64,000 nt of DNA. Origin: an uncultured Chitinophagaceae bacterium (GTDB lineage Bacteria > Bacteroidota > Bacteroidia > Chitinophagales > Chitinophagaceae). This document shows, piece by piece, positions 27,454 through 38,170 of the stretch (positions are counted from its first letter, which is position 1; every line of letters starts with the position of its first letter). The notes under the pieces are model-generated. The model was not told the DNA's origin. It did no database searches and was given only the letters and a program-made list of their open reading frames with translations. The position numbers were made by a program, and so were the translations under genes. Location of the stretch: contig CAZSFY010000021.1 of assembly GCA_964606315.1 (NCBI GenBank), forward strand, positions 1,194 through 65,193, read 5' to 3'.

Positions 27454-29140
27454 ATCTGAATTTCCTGCTCGTTGTATTACCGGCTTCGTCTTCCGCAAAG
27501 ATCTCCAGGACATGCGAACCGGACGGACATTTTTCATCAAACTGATAGATAAAATTTCTGCCTTTATCATTAGTGAAGCGAAGCCATTTTCCATCAAGCT
27601 CCGCCCTTACATTTTTAACGCCGGGTAAATTATCATTCACCGTAAAAACTATTCGGGTCGCTTTACTCAGATTGGATCCGTCAGCAAAACCGATAGGAAC
27701 AATTACAGGAGGCGACGTGTCTCTTACCAATTGGAAACTACCGAAATCCCTGAATTTAGCTGCTGCCCATTCCCCCTGCCAATTAACTTTCTGAGTGGCT
27801 CTTTTAGTACCCTGTGTCCAAACCATTACTATACGCTGTGAGTCGGTTTCCCTAAATGTAGCATCAGGTTTGATCCTGATCAGGAACGCTTCCTGCAGTG
27901 GAATATAGCCGGAGCCAATCGTATGCACATCGCTTACGACATCGGGATTAGAAGTAGGCTTATTGGAATAACTAACATACACTGAATCATACAAACATCT
28001 TTCTCCAATATAAAATTCACAGTTCGTAGCCTCATAACCATCTAACATGAGAGGATAAAACAATTTTCCCCTCGGGGCAGTATTCGCAACGGACTTATAC
28101 TCGTATTGAACTTTTGTTGTTATTCTCGAAGTATTGCCTTCAGTATCCGCCACGTAGATGGTAACATTATACACTTTCCCATCACTGATATCAACCACAC
28201 CATGTCCGTTGCCATTCAGGTAGATTGAATTGATATAACCGGGAAGCTCTGATAAATGCTGGAGATAAGCGCCACCCTGTTGTTTATAACGATAATCAAT
28301 ATGCGCATTTAAATATCGGGTGGAATTATAACTGATATTATCCATCCGGAAAGATTCGAGTTCTATATCGTTTACTTCCAGGGATGCTTCAAAAATTCCA
28401 TTAAGATTCGTCGAACCGGTATGCGTATCATAAGCTGTTATGGCAAAGCTTATTAACGGTGAGTTGACTTTTAAAACAGCGGGAGTAGTAGTGTATTTTG
28501 ATCCCTGGACAATTTTCGCAGGGAATATTCTTGGCGACTGTTCATACACACTTCTTGTACGGTCAAAAATAGCGAGACGAAGGATTTTCGGGGGAACCTT
28601 ATCCAGTAAAGGAAACCCAAACAACAGGGGATTCAGATTGGTATCATCGCTCGTTCTTCTGATCTCAAAATGCAGGTGTGGCGCCTGTGATCCACCGGTA
28701 TTACCACTGTTAGCAATAAACTCTCCTTTTCTTATAGGAAGTTTATCAGGCGGAAGCTCGAGGTACACTTTCCATGATTCAAGCGCATATTGCTGCTCTT
28801 TTACATACGCTTCAATTTTTGATGCAAAATTATTGAGGTGGGCATACACTGTTGTATATCCGTTAGGGTGTGTAATATATATAGCCCTTCCAAAACCTCC
28901 AGGCTCAATCTTTATCCTTGAAATGAAACCTTCCGCCGCTGCATGTACAGGTAAATTTTCCCGCTGCTGCGTTTTCAGATCAAGACCCATGTGGAAATGG
29001 CCGGATCTTAATTCACCAAAATTCCCGCTCAGGTTCATGGGAATATTTAACGGATTTCTGAAGTATCCTGTAGGATAATCGGATTGACCAGACAAGCTAA
29101 CAACAGACAACAAAAAGATAACAGTAAAAAGGGTGCGCAT
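27443..29140 (-). CDS. M23 family metallopeptidase (secreted)
   Basis: 565 aa with a signal peptide. M23 motifs are HFHMGLDL and GNTGGSQAPHLHFEIR. Has a long C-terminal beta-rich extension. Confidence 0.9.
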   Translation of the reverse strand: MRTLFTVIFLLSVVSLSGQSDYPTGYFRNPLNIPMNLSGNFGELRSGHFHMGLDLKTQQRENLPVHAAAEGFISRIKIEPGGFGRAIYITHPNGYTTVYAHLNNFASKIEAYVKEQQYALESWKVYLELPPDKLPIRKGEFIANSGNTGGSQAPHLHFEIRRTSDDTNLNPLLFGFPLLDKVPPKILRLAIFDRTRSVYEQSPRIFPAKIVQGSKYTTTPAVLKVNSPLISFAITAYDTHTGSTNLNGIFEASLEVNDIELESFRMDNISYNSTRYLNAHIDYRYKQQGGAYLQHLSELPGYINSIYLNGNGHGVVDISDGKVYNVTIYVADTEGNTSRITTKVQYEYKSVANTAPRGKLFYPLMLDGYEATNCEFYIGERCLYDSVYVSYSNKPTSNPDVVSDVHTIGSGYIPLQEAFLIRIKPDATFRETDSQRIVMVWTQGTKRATQKVNWQGEWAAAKFRDFGSFQLVRDTSPPVIVPIGFADGSNLSKATRIVFTVNDNLPGVKNVRAELDGKWLRFTNDKGRNFIYQFDEKCPSGSHVLEIFAEDEAGNTTSRKFRFTR

Positions 29141-29241
29141 AGGACAAAAATACCATTAAAATGGTACGGTTTTTTCTATTATTATACAGCGCTTTCAGTT
29201 TTAATGTTGTCTATATTTTATAACCTTTAAACCACCAGGCC

Positions 29242-29457
29242 ATGGATACGTTAATGAATAATAGCGGGCTAGTCTTCTGGCTCCTTATCGGGGGAACTTT
29301 CATAGGGATCTTTAAAGGTGCAAAAGCCCGCCAGAAGTGGATTTTCAAACTAAAGAAACGCTTCGCAGAAAAAATGCAACTGGAAGAAGAAAAGAAAGTT
29401 CTTCGCTCAGGCGGCGTACCGCTTGATGATATCGAAATAGCAGCTTTCCACAGATAA
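29242..29457 (+). CDS. Small membrane protein (71 aa), hypothetical
   Basis: One TM helix (GLVFWLLIGGTFIGIF) followed by a charged tail. A canonical hairpin plus T-tract terminator lies 45 nt downstream. Confidence 0.5.
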   Translation: MDTLMNNSGLVFWLLIGGTFIGIFKGAKARQKWIFKLKKRFAEKMQLEEEKKVLRSGGVPLDDIEIAAFHR

Positions 29458-29502
29458 CGGTTTCTTTTCGGGAATTTCTTTCCAGAAGAGGGAATGATTT
29501 TA

Positions 29503-29541
29503 AAAACGCTGCTTCATTTGTGAAGTGGCGTTTTATTTTTT
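29503..29541. terminator. Bidirectional rho-independent terminator
   Basis: AAAACGCTGCTTCA-tttg-TGAAGTGGCGTTTT followed by ATTTTTT on the plus strand and by TTTTA on the minus strand. Sits between the convergent 71-aa gene and comEC. Confidence 0.6.
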
Positions 29542-29613
29542 CACAATTTTTTTCTACTTCAGCATACTGAAGCAATATGTTCCAGACCTCTATACCTTAA
29601 TATGCCTGTGTCT

Positions 29614-31155
29614 TTACCGAAGTAAAACATATATCAATACGGTAATTAAAGAAGGAAATAAAAAATACTTTTCTTTCCTGATAAGCCATAGCGATATAAA
29701 AACAATGAATGCATACATCACTACCAACTGGGAAAAGTTGATATGTAGATCTCCGGTAGTAGAAAAAGGTAAATGATTAATATATTCTATCGATGAATTC
29801 ATGAGTAATATCAAATAGTAAATTATTTTACCTGCAATAGATGCCAGGGCTGGTAAAAAAGAAACTGTACAAAGTATAATTTCAGCAAATAGAATAATAT
29901 TCGATAAGGGTATAGCAATAAAATTCGCAATAAGAAAAAGATTAGGAAACTGTGCAAAATAAAATATACATAATGGAGTCGTCAATATTTGCGCCGATAA
30001 CGTTACCGCTGCCAACTTCCAACACGCATCGATCAGCTTGTTTTTTACAATAAATAAACTGTAAACAGGTTTCTGAAATAATACAATACTTACAATAGCA
30101 ATATAAGAAAGTTGAAAACCAATATCCCAGAGCCAGTATGGATCATAACACAATAACAGAAAAGCTGAAGCCGACAGGTTATTAAATATGGAAGAATGTC
30201 GATGAACAGCTTCTCCTGTTACAATAAATGTAAACATCACAGCCGACCGCATCACTGAAGCCGATGCTCCGGTAAGCAGACTGAATAACCATAATCCCCC
30301 AACAATGATCAATAGCGAAAACCACTTCCCCAAACTTCTTTTAGAAAACCAAAAACATATATATCTCAGTAAAACATATATTAATCCCAGGTGCATTCCC
30401 GAAATAGCCACCACATGAATGACTCCCGTTGTACTGTACGCTTTTATCAGTTCCTTATCGAGGTTGTCTTTATAACCAATCAACAATGCTTCTGCCAGCC
30501 CTGATTGTTTTTTACCTTCTATATATTTATTCAGTATAGCAGCAATACGGTCACGGCTGGAAAAGAGAAATGCATTTAACCAGCGGTCATTTTCCCTATC
30601 CAGATGAGTATATTGTCCGGGTCGGAGAAATACCTGGAAATGGATATTCTTTAATGCGCAATATTTTTTATAATCAAAAGAGCCGTAAGCAGTGATATTG
30701 ACAATATCTTTCAGCGGAGCTATAAACGCAATTCTGTCGCCATAAGCAACAGGAGGTATTGAATCTTTTTTAAAATAAATATTGATATCCACCGATGGAT
30801 CGGTTTCCACCGTGGCCAACGTCTTCCAGGATTTGCTTTTTTCAACCGGAGGTTCCTGTATCGTTACCACAATGGGCAGCGACAATGCTGATATCTCTTT
30901 TAATTTTTCTACAGCGATATCACTCCTGTGAGAGGAGTTGATAAGGCATCCGGTAAAAAACAAAAATCCATTAATGAATCCACTAGCGATCCAGGCATAT
31001 CTTAAACGGAAAAACAGGGATAAAGGGAAAAGTATTCCAATACAACAACCTGCTATACCTGCGCTAATTATTATGAACGAAATATTATAATAATAGTCAA
31101 CAGCTATTCCTCCTATAAAAGGCACTACCAGTCTTAAAAACGGCGCTTCTTTCAT
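29614..31155 (-). CDS. ComEC/Rec2 family competence protein (short form)
   Basis: 513 aa and polytopic. It has an N-terminal OB-like region plus a competence-channel domain. No C-terminal metallo-beta-lactamase motif (HxHxDH) is visible. Confidence 0.8.
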   Translation of the reverse strand: MKEAPFLRLVVPFIGGIAVDYYYNISFIIISAGIAGCCIGILFPLSLFFRLRYAWIASGFINGFLFFTGCLINSSHRSDIAVEKLKEISALSLPIVVTIQEPPVEKSKSWKTLATVETDPSVDINIYFKKDSIPPVAYGDRIAFIAPLKDIVNITAYGSFDYKKYCALKNIHFQVFLRPGQYTHLDRENDRWLNAFLFSSRDRIAAILNKYIEGKKQSGLAEALLIGYKDNLDKELIKAYSTTGVIHVVAISGMHLGLIYVLLRYICFWFSKRSLGKWFSLLIIVGGLWLFSLLTGASASVMRSAVMFTFIVTGEAVHRHSSIFNNLSASAFLLLCYDPYWLWDIGFQLSYIAIVSIVLFQKPVYSLFIVKNKLIDACWKLAAVTLSAQILTTPLCIFYFAQFPNLFLIANFIAIPLSNIILFAEIILCTVSFLPALASIAGKIIYYLILLMNSSIEYINHLPFSTTGDLHINFSQLVVMYAFIVFISLWLIRKEKYFLFPSLITVLIYVLLR

Positions 31156-31216
31156 CAGGCAAATTTTGCAGGCCTGCGGAAAAAAGCATCAGTTGAAAAG
31201 ACTAAATATTAGAGAC

Positions 31217-31248
31217 AAAAATCCCGCGACCACCAGCGGGTGCGGGAT
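31217..31248 (-). terminator. Probable rho-independent terminator of carB
   Basis: The minus-strand RNA reads ATCCCGCACCCGCTGGTGGTCGCGGGATTTTT. GC stems (CCCGC/GCGGG) are followed by a T5 run, 25 nt after the carB stop. Confidence 0.5.
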
Positions 31249-31272
31249 AAGAGATTATTATTCCGTAATTGA

Positions 31273-34098
31273 TTATTTACTGAGATACATACTACGGTCT
31301 TTGTACAGTTGCCTGAAATAAGGATCACTCAGATTTTTAATAAACCGGATGGCTTCGCCGGTACTTTTCATTTCAGGACCAAGCTCTTTATTTACACCCG
31401 GGAACTTATTAAAGCTGAAAACAGGTTCCTTAATAGCAAAGCCCTTCAATTTTTTCTCAAACTTAAAGTCGGTAAGCTTATGATCACCGATCATTATTTT
31501 GGTAGCGATATTGAGATAAGGTATCTGGTAGGCTTTTGCAATAAATGGTGTGGTGCGCGAAGCTCTTGGGTTAGCTTCAATCACGTACACATTATTATCT
31601 TTAATAGCGAACTGAATATTGATAAGCCCTTTAATATTTAGTGCCCTCGCTATTTTTTCTGCATACTCTTCCATCGTTTGCACAATTAAGGGCGACAAAT
31701 TAAACTGCGGCAACATGGCATTACTATCACCGCTATGAATACCAGCGGGCTCTATATGTTCCATAACACCCATTACATGAAAATTGGTACCATCAAAAAT
31801 GGCATCAATTTCAGCTTCCTGGCAACGATCAAGGAAATGGTCAATAAGAATTTTATTACCGGGAATATGTTTAAGCAAGCTTACAACTGCTTTTTCCACT
31901 TCTTCATCGTTGATGACTATACGCATTCTTTGTCCGCCTAATACATAACTCGGACGCACCAGCACCGGGTAGTTTACCCTATTAGCCACTTTAATGGCTT
32001 CATCAACTGAGTATGCCGTACCATAATCGGGATAAGGAATATTTAACTCCTTAAGCATATCACTAAAGCGTCCGCGATCTTCAGCAATATCCATGCTATC
32101 GAAAGATGTACCGATGATTTTAACGCCTTTGTTATGGAGGCGCTCTGCAAGCTTAAGGGCTGTTTGTCCGCCTAACTGTACAATAACTCCTTCGGGTTTC
32201 TCATATTCTATAATTTCCCAGAGATGTTCCCAGTAAACCGGTTCGAAATACAGTTTATCAGCAATATCAAAATCAGTAGAAACCGTCTCTGGATTACAGT
32301 TCACCATAATGGCTTCATAACCGCATTCCTTAATAGCCAGCAAGCCATGTACACAGCAGTAATCGAATTCGATTCCCTGCCCTATCCTGTTAGGACCTGA
32401 ACCAAGCACAATGATTTTTTTCCTGTCACTGACTTTGCTTTCAGAAGCGCCGCCATTTTCAAAGCTGGAATAGAAATAAGGCGTTTTGGCTTCAAACTCT
32501 GCAGAACAGGTATCTACCATTTTGTACACTCTCCTGATTCCTGCAGCCACACGTTTTTCGTACAGCTTATCTTCTGTGCCATCGTTCATAATACGACAGA
32601 TCTGTTCATCACTGAACCCTGCTTTTTTAGCATCTCTTAGCAACTGAAGTGGTAATGTATCCAGTTTGTATTGAGCTATCTCTTTTTCGAGGTTACATAT
32701 TTTCTGGATCTCATAGAGAAACCATCTGTCAATGCCGTTAGTAGCTTTAGAGATAGTTGATACGGATATACCCGCCATCAGCGCATCTTTGATCCTGAAT
32801 ACCCTGTCCCATTTAGGCTCTTTGATATATTCCAGCAAAGCTTCGGCATGCATAAGGCTCTTTCCGTAGTACCCCAAACCGAGCGCGTTATTTTCAAGAC
32901 TTTGGCAGGCTTTCTGGATAGCTTCGCCAAAGCTTCTGCCTATAGCCATCACCTCACCCACACTTTTCATTTGCAAACCAAGTGTATCGTTGGCTCCTTT
33001 AAACTTATCGAAGTTCCAGCGAGGCATTTTTACAATCACATAGTCGAGAGCAGGCTCAAAATAGGCCGATGTATTTTTAGTGATCTGGTTTTCCAGTTCA
33101 TCGAGATTATATCCGATAGCCAGCTTGGCGGCTATCTTAGCAATAGGGTATCCTGTTGCTTTGGAAGCAAGTGCCGAAGAGCGGCTTACACGCGGATTAA
33201 TTTCGATAGCAATAATTTCTTCTGTATCCGGATTAAGGGCAAACTGCACATTACAACCACCGGCAAAATTGCCCAGGTCGCGCATCATTTTTATGGCAGT
33301 ATTCCGCATCAGTTGATAAGCGGTATCGCTAAGCGTCATAGCAGGCGCTACGGTAATAGAGTCGCCGGTATGCACGCCCATCGGATCGAAGTTTTCGACC
33401 GTACAGATGATAACCACATTATTATTTAAATCTCTCAGCAGCTCCAACTCAAACTCTTTCCATCCCAGTACAGCCTGCTCTACCAGTACCTCGTGAATGG
33501 GAGAGGCTTGCAAACCGCGATTGAGCGCCTCATCGAGATCATCCTTGTCATGCACAAATCCACCTCCTGTTCCGCCGAGAGTGAACGAGGGACGAATGAC
33601 CAGAGGAAAGCCAATTTCCTGGGCGAACTCTTTTCCTTCCAGGTAAGAATTGGCGGTTTTGGCCGTAGCCACCGGAACACCTAGTTCTATCATCCACCGA
33701 CGGAATTTTTCACGATCCTCGGCTTTATCGATTGCTTTAATATCTACGCCTATCAAACGGACTTTATACTTTTCCCATATACCAAGATCTTCCGCTTCCT
33801 TGGCCAGGTTCAACGCAGTTTGTCCGCCCATAGTAGGCAGTACCGCATCAATCTGGTTTTCTTCCAGGATCTGCTCTATACTTTCAACAGTTAAAGGAAG
33901 GAGGTACACCCGGTCGGCCATCATCGGATCGGTCATGATCGTAGCGGGATTACTATTAATAAGTATCACTTTTATCCCTTCTTCCCTAAGGCTGCGGGCC
34001 GCCTGTGTACCTGAATAATCAAATTCACAAGCCTGGCCTATAATGATCGGTCCCGAACCAATAATGAGCACGGATTTAATGGAATTGTCCTTTGGCAT
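31273..34098 (-). CDS. carB: Carbamoyl-phosphate synthase large subunit
   Basis: 941 aa with duplicated ATP-grasp halves and an MGS-like C-terminus. The typical N-terminus is [26 protein letters not shown]. Confidence 0.98.
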   Translation of the reverse strand: MPKDNSIKSVLIIGSGPIIIGQACEFDYSGTQAARSLREEGIKVILINSNPATIMTDPMMADRVYLLPLTVESIEQILEENQIDAVLPTMGGQTALNLAKEAEDLGIWEKYKVRLIGVDIKAIDKAEDREKFRRWMIELGVPVATAKTANSYLEGKEFAQEIGFPLVIRPSFTLGGTGGGFVHDKDDLDEALNRGLQASPIHEVLVEQAVLGWKEFELELLRDLNNNVVIICTVENFDPMGVHTGDSITVAPAMTLSDTAYQLMRNTAIKMMRDLGNFAGGCNVQFALNPDTEEIIAIEINPRVSRSSALASKATGYPIAKIAAKLAIGYNLDELENQITKNTSAYFEPALDYVIVKMPRWNFDKFKGANDTLGLQMKSVGEVMAIGRSFGEAIQKACQSLENNALGLGYYGKSLMHAEALLEYIKEPKWDRVFRIKDALMAGISVSTISKATNGIDRWFLYEIQKICNLEKEIAQYKLDTLPLQLLRDAKKAGFSDEQICRIMNDGTEDKLYEKRVAAGIRRVYKMVDTCSAEFEAKTPYFYSSFENGGASESKVSDRKKIIVLGSGPNRIGQGIEFDYCCVHGLLAIKECGYEAIMVNCNPETVSTDFDIADKLYFEPVYWEHLWEIIEYEKPEGVIVQLGGQTALKLAERLHNKGVKIIGTSFDSMDIAEDRGRFSDMLKELNIPYPDYGTAYSVDEAIKVANRVNYPVLVRPSYVLGGQRMRIVINDEEVEKAVVSLLKHIPGNKILIDHFLDRCQEAEIDAIFDGTNFHVMGVMEHIEPAGIHSGDSNAMLPQFNLSPLIVQTMEEYAEKIARALNIKGLINIQFAIKDNNVYVIEANPRASRTTPFIAKAYQIPYLNIATKIMIGDHKLTDFKFEKKLKGFAIKEPVFSFNKFPGVNKELGPEMKSTGEAIRFIKNLSDPYFRQLYKDRSMYLSK

Positions 34099-34233
34099 CT
34101 ACTTTTTTCTGATTTTTTAAAAACAAATTGCGCAAAAGTAGGTGATATTAAGATATTGAAGGAGGATTTTTTGAAATCCCTCAACAGGTGGGTATAACAA
34201 TGTAAAACTTATGGGAAACCGCTTGTTTTGATC

Positions 34234-34241
34234 TAGCTTTG
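34234..34241 (+). promoter_or_regulatory. -7 promoter box (TAGCTTTG) for purH
   Basis: Exact TAnnTTTG match 26 nt upstream of the purH ATG. Confidence 0.5.
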
Positions 34242-34267
34242 CAGCCTTCAAACAACCGGCTATTTCA

Positions 34268-35773
34268 ATGAACAAAAGGATTTCTTCTGCACTTATTTCC
34301 GTTTTTTACAAAGACGGACTGGATACTATTGTTAATCAATTACATAAACTCGGTATAACCATCTATTCTACCGGGGGAACCCAGCAATTCATTGAAAAAC
34401 TTAATATTCCGGTAGTACCGGTAGAAAATCTCACCACTTATCCCTCTATTCTTGGCGGAAGAGTCAAAACCCTACATCCGGCTGTCTTTGGAGGCATACT
34501 GGGTAAAAGAGATGATGCACAGCATGTTAGCGAAATGGAAGCATACAAGATCCCTGAAATCGACCTGGTTATCGTTGACCTGTATCCATTCGAAGAAACG
34601 GTAGCATCAACGACTGATGAAAAAGCCATTATAGAAAAAATCGACATCGGCGGTCCGTCGATGATAAGAGCGGCCGCCAAAAATCATAAGGACGTAGTAG
34701 TGGTGGCTTCCAAGCAGGATTATCCCCTTCTCGAAAAAATCCTGGAAGAGCAGAAAGGAGAAACAACACTGGCGCAGCGAAGGGAATTTGCGGCGAAAGC
34801 TTTTAATATTTGTTCAGGTTATGATATAGCGATCTCTAATTATTTTATGGGATCGAACCATTTCAATCCCTTCAGTAATTATACTACAGTACTCAGATAC
34901 GGAGAAAATCCTCATCAGCAAGGCATATTTTACGGAGACATCTCTAGCTCATTTAAACAATTAAACGGTAAAGAACTTTCCTATAATAATCTAGTAGATG
35001 TTGATGGAGCCGTACAATTGATCCAGGAATTCAGCGCTACCACTTTTGCGATCATTAAGCACACCAATCCATGCGGTATCGCTTCAAGAAATACCTTAAA
35101 AGAAGCATGGGATGCTGCGCTGGCAGGAGATCCTGAAAGCGCTTTTGGCGGTGTGCTGGCCTGCAACGCAGAAGTGGATAAAGCAACAGCAGAAGCTATT
35201 AATGAAATCTTTTTTGAAGTGTTGGTAGCTCCTTCTTACAGCGAAGAAGCATTAACCGTATTAAAATCAAAAAAGAACAGGATACTGTTGCAGCAAACCG
35301 ATAAACTGGTTTCTTCCTTCCAATATAAATCCTTATTAAACGGTGTATTGAGCCAGCAAACCGATGAAGGGAACTTCAGCAAATGGGAAGAGAGCGGCGG
35401 AAGAGAAACCACAGCAGCAGAAAAAGCAGATCTTGAATTTGCCAACCTGGTGTGCAAGCACTTAAAATCAAATGCTATAGCACTGGTAAAAAATAAACAA
35501 CTGATCGGAAAAGGATGCGGACAAACCAGTCGTATCGATTCGCTCAGACAGTCTATCGAAAAAGCCAAACAATTTAATTTCGATCTGAAAGATGCAGTAC
35601 TGGCTTCAGATGCATTTTTCCCATTTGACGATTGCGTTAAACTGTCGCATGCAGCAGGTATTGAAGCTTTCATTCAACCCGGAGGTTCCATACGCGATAA
35701 AGACTCAATTGACTACTGCAAACAAAACGGTCTTGCTATGGTAATAACAGGATTAAGACATTTTAAGCATTAA
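34268..35773 (+). CDS. purH: Bifunctional AICAR transformylase / IMP cyclohydrolase
   Basis: 501 aa with an MGS-like N-terminal domain (ALISVFYKDGL...GGRVKTLHP) and an AICARFT domain ending in RHFKH. Confidence 0.97.
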   Translation: MNKRISSALISVFYKDGLDTIVNQLHKLGITIYSTGGTQQFIEKLNIPVVPVENLTTYPSILGGRVKTLHPAVFGGILGKRDDAQHVSEMEAYKIPEIDLVIVDLYPFEETVASTTDEKAIIEKIDIGGPSMIRAAAKNHKDVVVVASKQDYPLLEKILEEQKGETTLAQRREFAAKAFNICSGYDIAISNYFMGSNHFNPFSNYTTVLRYGENPHQQGIFYGDISSSFKQLNGKELSYNNLVDVDGAVQLIQEFSATTFAIIKHTNPCGIASRNTLKEAWDAALAGDPESAFGGVLACNAEVDKATAEAINEIFFEVLVAPSYSEEALTVLKSKKNRILLQQTDKLVSSFQYKSLLNGVLSQQTDEGNFSKWEESGGRETTAAEKADLEFANLVCKHLKSNAIALVKNKQLIGKGCGQTSRIDSLRQSIEKAKQFNFDLKDAVLASDAFFPFDDCVKLSHAAGIEAFIQPGGSIRDKDSIDYCKQNGLAMVITGLRHFKH

Positions 35774-35779
35774 CACAAA

Positions 35780-36688
35780 ATGACAACCCGCAACAGGGCG
35801 TTGATAGCATTGGGAATTGTTTGTCTCCTCTGGGGTACTACCTGGGTGGCTTCAAAACAAGGTGTATTACATATGCCCCCTCTCCAAATGGCAGGAATAC
35901 GGCAAACGCTTGCCGGCCTGATCTATATTATCTACTTTATCAGTAAAGGTGCAAAATGGCCGAAGGGAAGAGAGTGGTACATTATCGGTGTACTCAGTTT
36001 TCTCAATATTTTATGCAGTAACGGATTAACCACCTGGGGTGTAAAATATATTTCTGCGGGATTGGGTGCTATCATCGCCGCCACTTTTCCATTATGGATG
36101 GTGATCATCGGGTTGTTTTCTTCGAAGGAAAGAATTCCTATTAATGCCTTAAAAGGTTTCCTGCTTGGCTTTGCCGGAATATGTGTAATATTTTATGAGC
36201 ACTTACAGGATTTTCTCAATCCTGAATTTCTGTTTGGCGTATCTATTTCCTTAACAGCCGCATGGACATGGGCACTGGGTACTGTTTTCACGAAAAGAGA
36301 AGCCAGGGATTTTAATCCCTACTTCAGTATGGGACTGCAAATGTTTTTGGCAGGTATAGTATTGCTAGGTGCATCATACACAACCGGGCAGGCTATTTCT
36401 CTTACGAAAATTCCATGGCAGTCATGGACAGCCATAGGCTATCTGGTAATATTCGGATCGGTCATTGCTTTTATGGCTTACTTGTACGCCTTGCAGCGTC
36501 TTTCGATAGAGCAGATGTCTATTTATGCCTATATCAATCCAATCGTGGCGGTGCTCATAGGCACTTTACTATTTAACGAACATCTTACCGTATTTATCGC
36601 CGGCGGAGGAGCCATAACACTCTATGGTGTGTATATGATCAATACTGCCCTACGTAAAGTGCCCGGGGATGAAGACGTTCTGGTTTAG
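35780..36688 (+). CDS. EamA/DMT family transporter
   Basis: 302 aa with ten hydrophobic segments arranged as two EamA repeats. Confidence 0.85.
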   Translation: MTTRNRALIALGIVCLLWGTTWVASKQGVLHMPPLQMAGIRQTLAGLIYIIYFISKGAKWPKGREWYIIGVLSFLNILCSNGLTTWGVKYISAGLGAIIAATFPLWMVIIGLFSSKERIPINALKGFLLGFAGICVIFYEHLQDFLNPEFLFGVSISLTAAWTWALGTVFTKREARDFNPYFSMGLQMFLAGIVLLGASYTTGQAISLTKIPWQSWTAIGYLVIFGSVIAFMAYLYALQRLSIEQMSIYAYINPIVAVLIGTLLFNEHLTVFIAGGGAITLYGVYMINTALRKVPGDEDVLV

Positions 36689-38020
36689 TTCTTCGCTGCC
36701 GTCATAATAGGCATCCCAATACACCATTTCTTTCATGAACATTTCAAACATGGTGTTCCATCCTTTGGTATGTTCATCCCGTCCCAGTAAATGGTTATGC
36801 CAGACTGAGATCATCATACCGTTTACTTTTTTGACTGCATCGTAATACCTGACCAATTCTTCGTAGGCCTGCTGGGGAGTATATTTTGATTTATAAAAAC
36901 AGGTACTATCCATATAACAAAACGGATAAACAGTTAGTAGTGTAGTTTGTTCTCTTTCAAGATCGTACCATAAATAGGGTGAACTTACAGAGGCTCTGAA
37001 ACCGTTTATATTTCCGTATCCCATCGAGAAATCTTTTTTGATACCCATACTAATCAAACGGCGGTAAGTTTCCGGAAGGGTGAATCTCAGAAAATGCTGC
37101 CTGCCGGCAATAATATCCTTATCCGTCACTACCTCTAACCATTCTATTTCTTCTTTTAATAACGAGATATCATCGCCGCTCTGCCATGAAGGATGGATCC
37201 CCACATTGTAATTAGCGCCATAATATTCTACAAGATCGCGAAACGGTTTTGCAGAAGTATTTACATTCTTATCATACATTCCCGTCTGACGGGCTACCAG
37301 GAAGAAATAATAAGGTTTCAGGCGGCAATATAAGTGCAAAGCATCGAGCCATTCAAAGCAATCAAAAGGATCTTTTTTAATTCTCAGTAATACCTGGATA
37401 CGTTCAATCAATAATTTCCACTGACCCTGAAAAACAGAGCGAAGGGCGCCACCTATATTTCTTAAAAATCCTTTATGCAAATAAGAATAGGCAATATCAA
37501 TATCATAAGTGATAATATTCGCAAACTGTTTTCCTTTGAAACGTATATCAGGGAATTTTACGCGAAGGGCATTTTTAAAATCGATAAGCCAGATATTAAT
37601 TAACGGCAAATGCAGAAATCCTTCTCTAAAAGCAACAGCATTGGTATGATCATATCTTCCATAATGATCTTTTTTATGAGGCAGGTATTCTTCATACCTG
37701 CTTAACAGGTAAAATGCTGCCGCAAAAATATCAAAGTGAAGGTCGCCTCCGGTTTCAAAAAACACTTTATAGAAATTAATCTCAAAGCATTTAATCGTTT
37801 GGGGAGCGATCGTTTCTTCGAAGAGCAGGGATACGGGACATACCAGGAATTCCTCTTCATCAATTTCGTCGGGGGTATAATTAATTTTAGGACCGAGGTA
37901 ATCCAGAAACTCTTGTTTGTTGGTGGTGATCCGGATAGGATCATCAAACAGTTCCTGCGAAAAAAACTGAACAATATATTGCAGTCGGGGGGGTATGGCT
38001 CTGGAATGCAATAAAACCAT
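36650..38020 (-). CDS. Hypothetical protein, possibly polysaccharide-deacetylase-like
   Basis: About 456 aa starting from the ATG at 38018-38020 (the track start is a TTG at 38026). The call rests only on general resemblance to Bacteroidota proteins annotated as polysaccharide deacetylase family (YDIDIAYSY, GIHPSW). Confidence 0.4.
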   Translation of the reverse strand: MVLLHSRAIPPRLQYIVQFFSQELFDDPIRITTNKQEFLDYLGPKINYTPDEIDEEEFLVCPVSLLFEETIAPQTIKCFEINFYKVFFETGGDLHFDIFAAAFYLLSRYEEYLPHKKDHYGRYDHTNAVAFREGFLHLPLINIWLIDFKNALRVKFPDIRFKGKQFANIITYDIDIAYSYLHKGFLRNIGGALRSVFQGQWKLLIERIQVLLRIKKDPFDCFEWLDALHLYCRLKPYYFFLVARQTGMYDKNVNTSAKPFRDLVEYYGANYNVGIHPSWQSGDDISLLKEEIEWLEVVTDKDIIAGRQHFLRFTLPETYRRLISMGIKKDFSMGYGNINGFRASVSSPYLWYDLEREQTTLLTVYPFCYMDSTCFYKSKYTPQQAYEELVRYYDAVKKVNGMMISVWHNHLLGRDEHTKGWNTMFEMFMKEMVYWDAYYDGSEELNQNVFIPGHFT

Positions 38021-38078
38021 AGACAATAATACTACTTTATCGGTTTATTGGCTTCAGAACCTGGATTCTACTTGCTAT

Positions 38079-38164
38079 ATTTATAGTGGAGAGTTGATAG
38101 TGGACAGTGGATAGTGTAAGAATCATTCTTAGCTGTCAATTGTCAACTCTCCACCGTCCACTGA
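38079..38164. repeat. Heptad-repeat palindromic (REP-like) element, copy 1
   Basis: The left arm has in-phase heptads ATTTATA GTGGAGA GTTGATA GTGGACA GTGGATA. The apex palindrome is TAAGAAT-C-ATTCTTA. The right arm has inverse heptads CTGTCAA TTGTCAA CTCTCCA CCGTCCA. A 27-bp core (38103-38129) is identical to 45351-45377. Confidence 0.85.
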
Positions 38165-38170
38165 TAAAAC

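Noticed and set aside
34099-34267. Possible ZTP (pfl) riboswitch upstream of purH.
   Set aside because: I could not find the conserved ZTP core or pseudoknot sequences (for example a CCGCCTGGG-type segment). The region instead contains a standard -7 box close to the ATG.
35236-35673. 145-aa ORF antisense to purH.
   Set aside because: Shadow ORF within a conserved gene, with no supporting signals.
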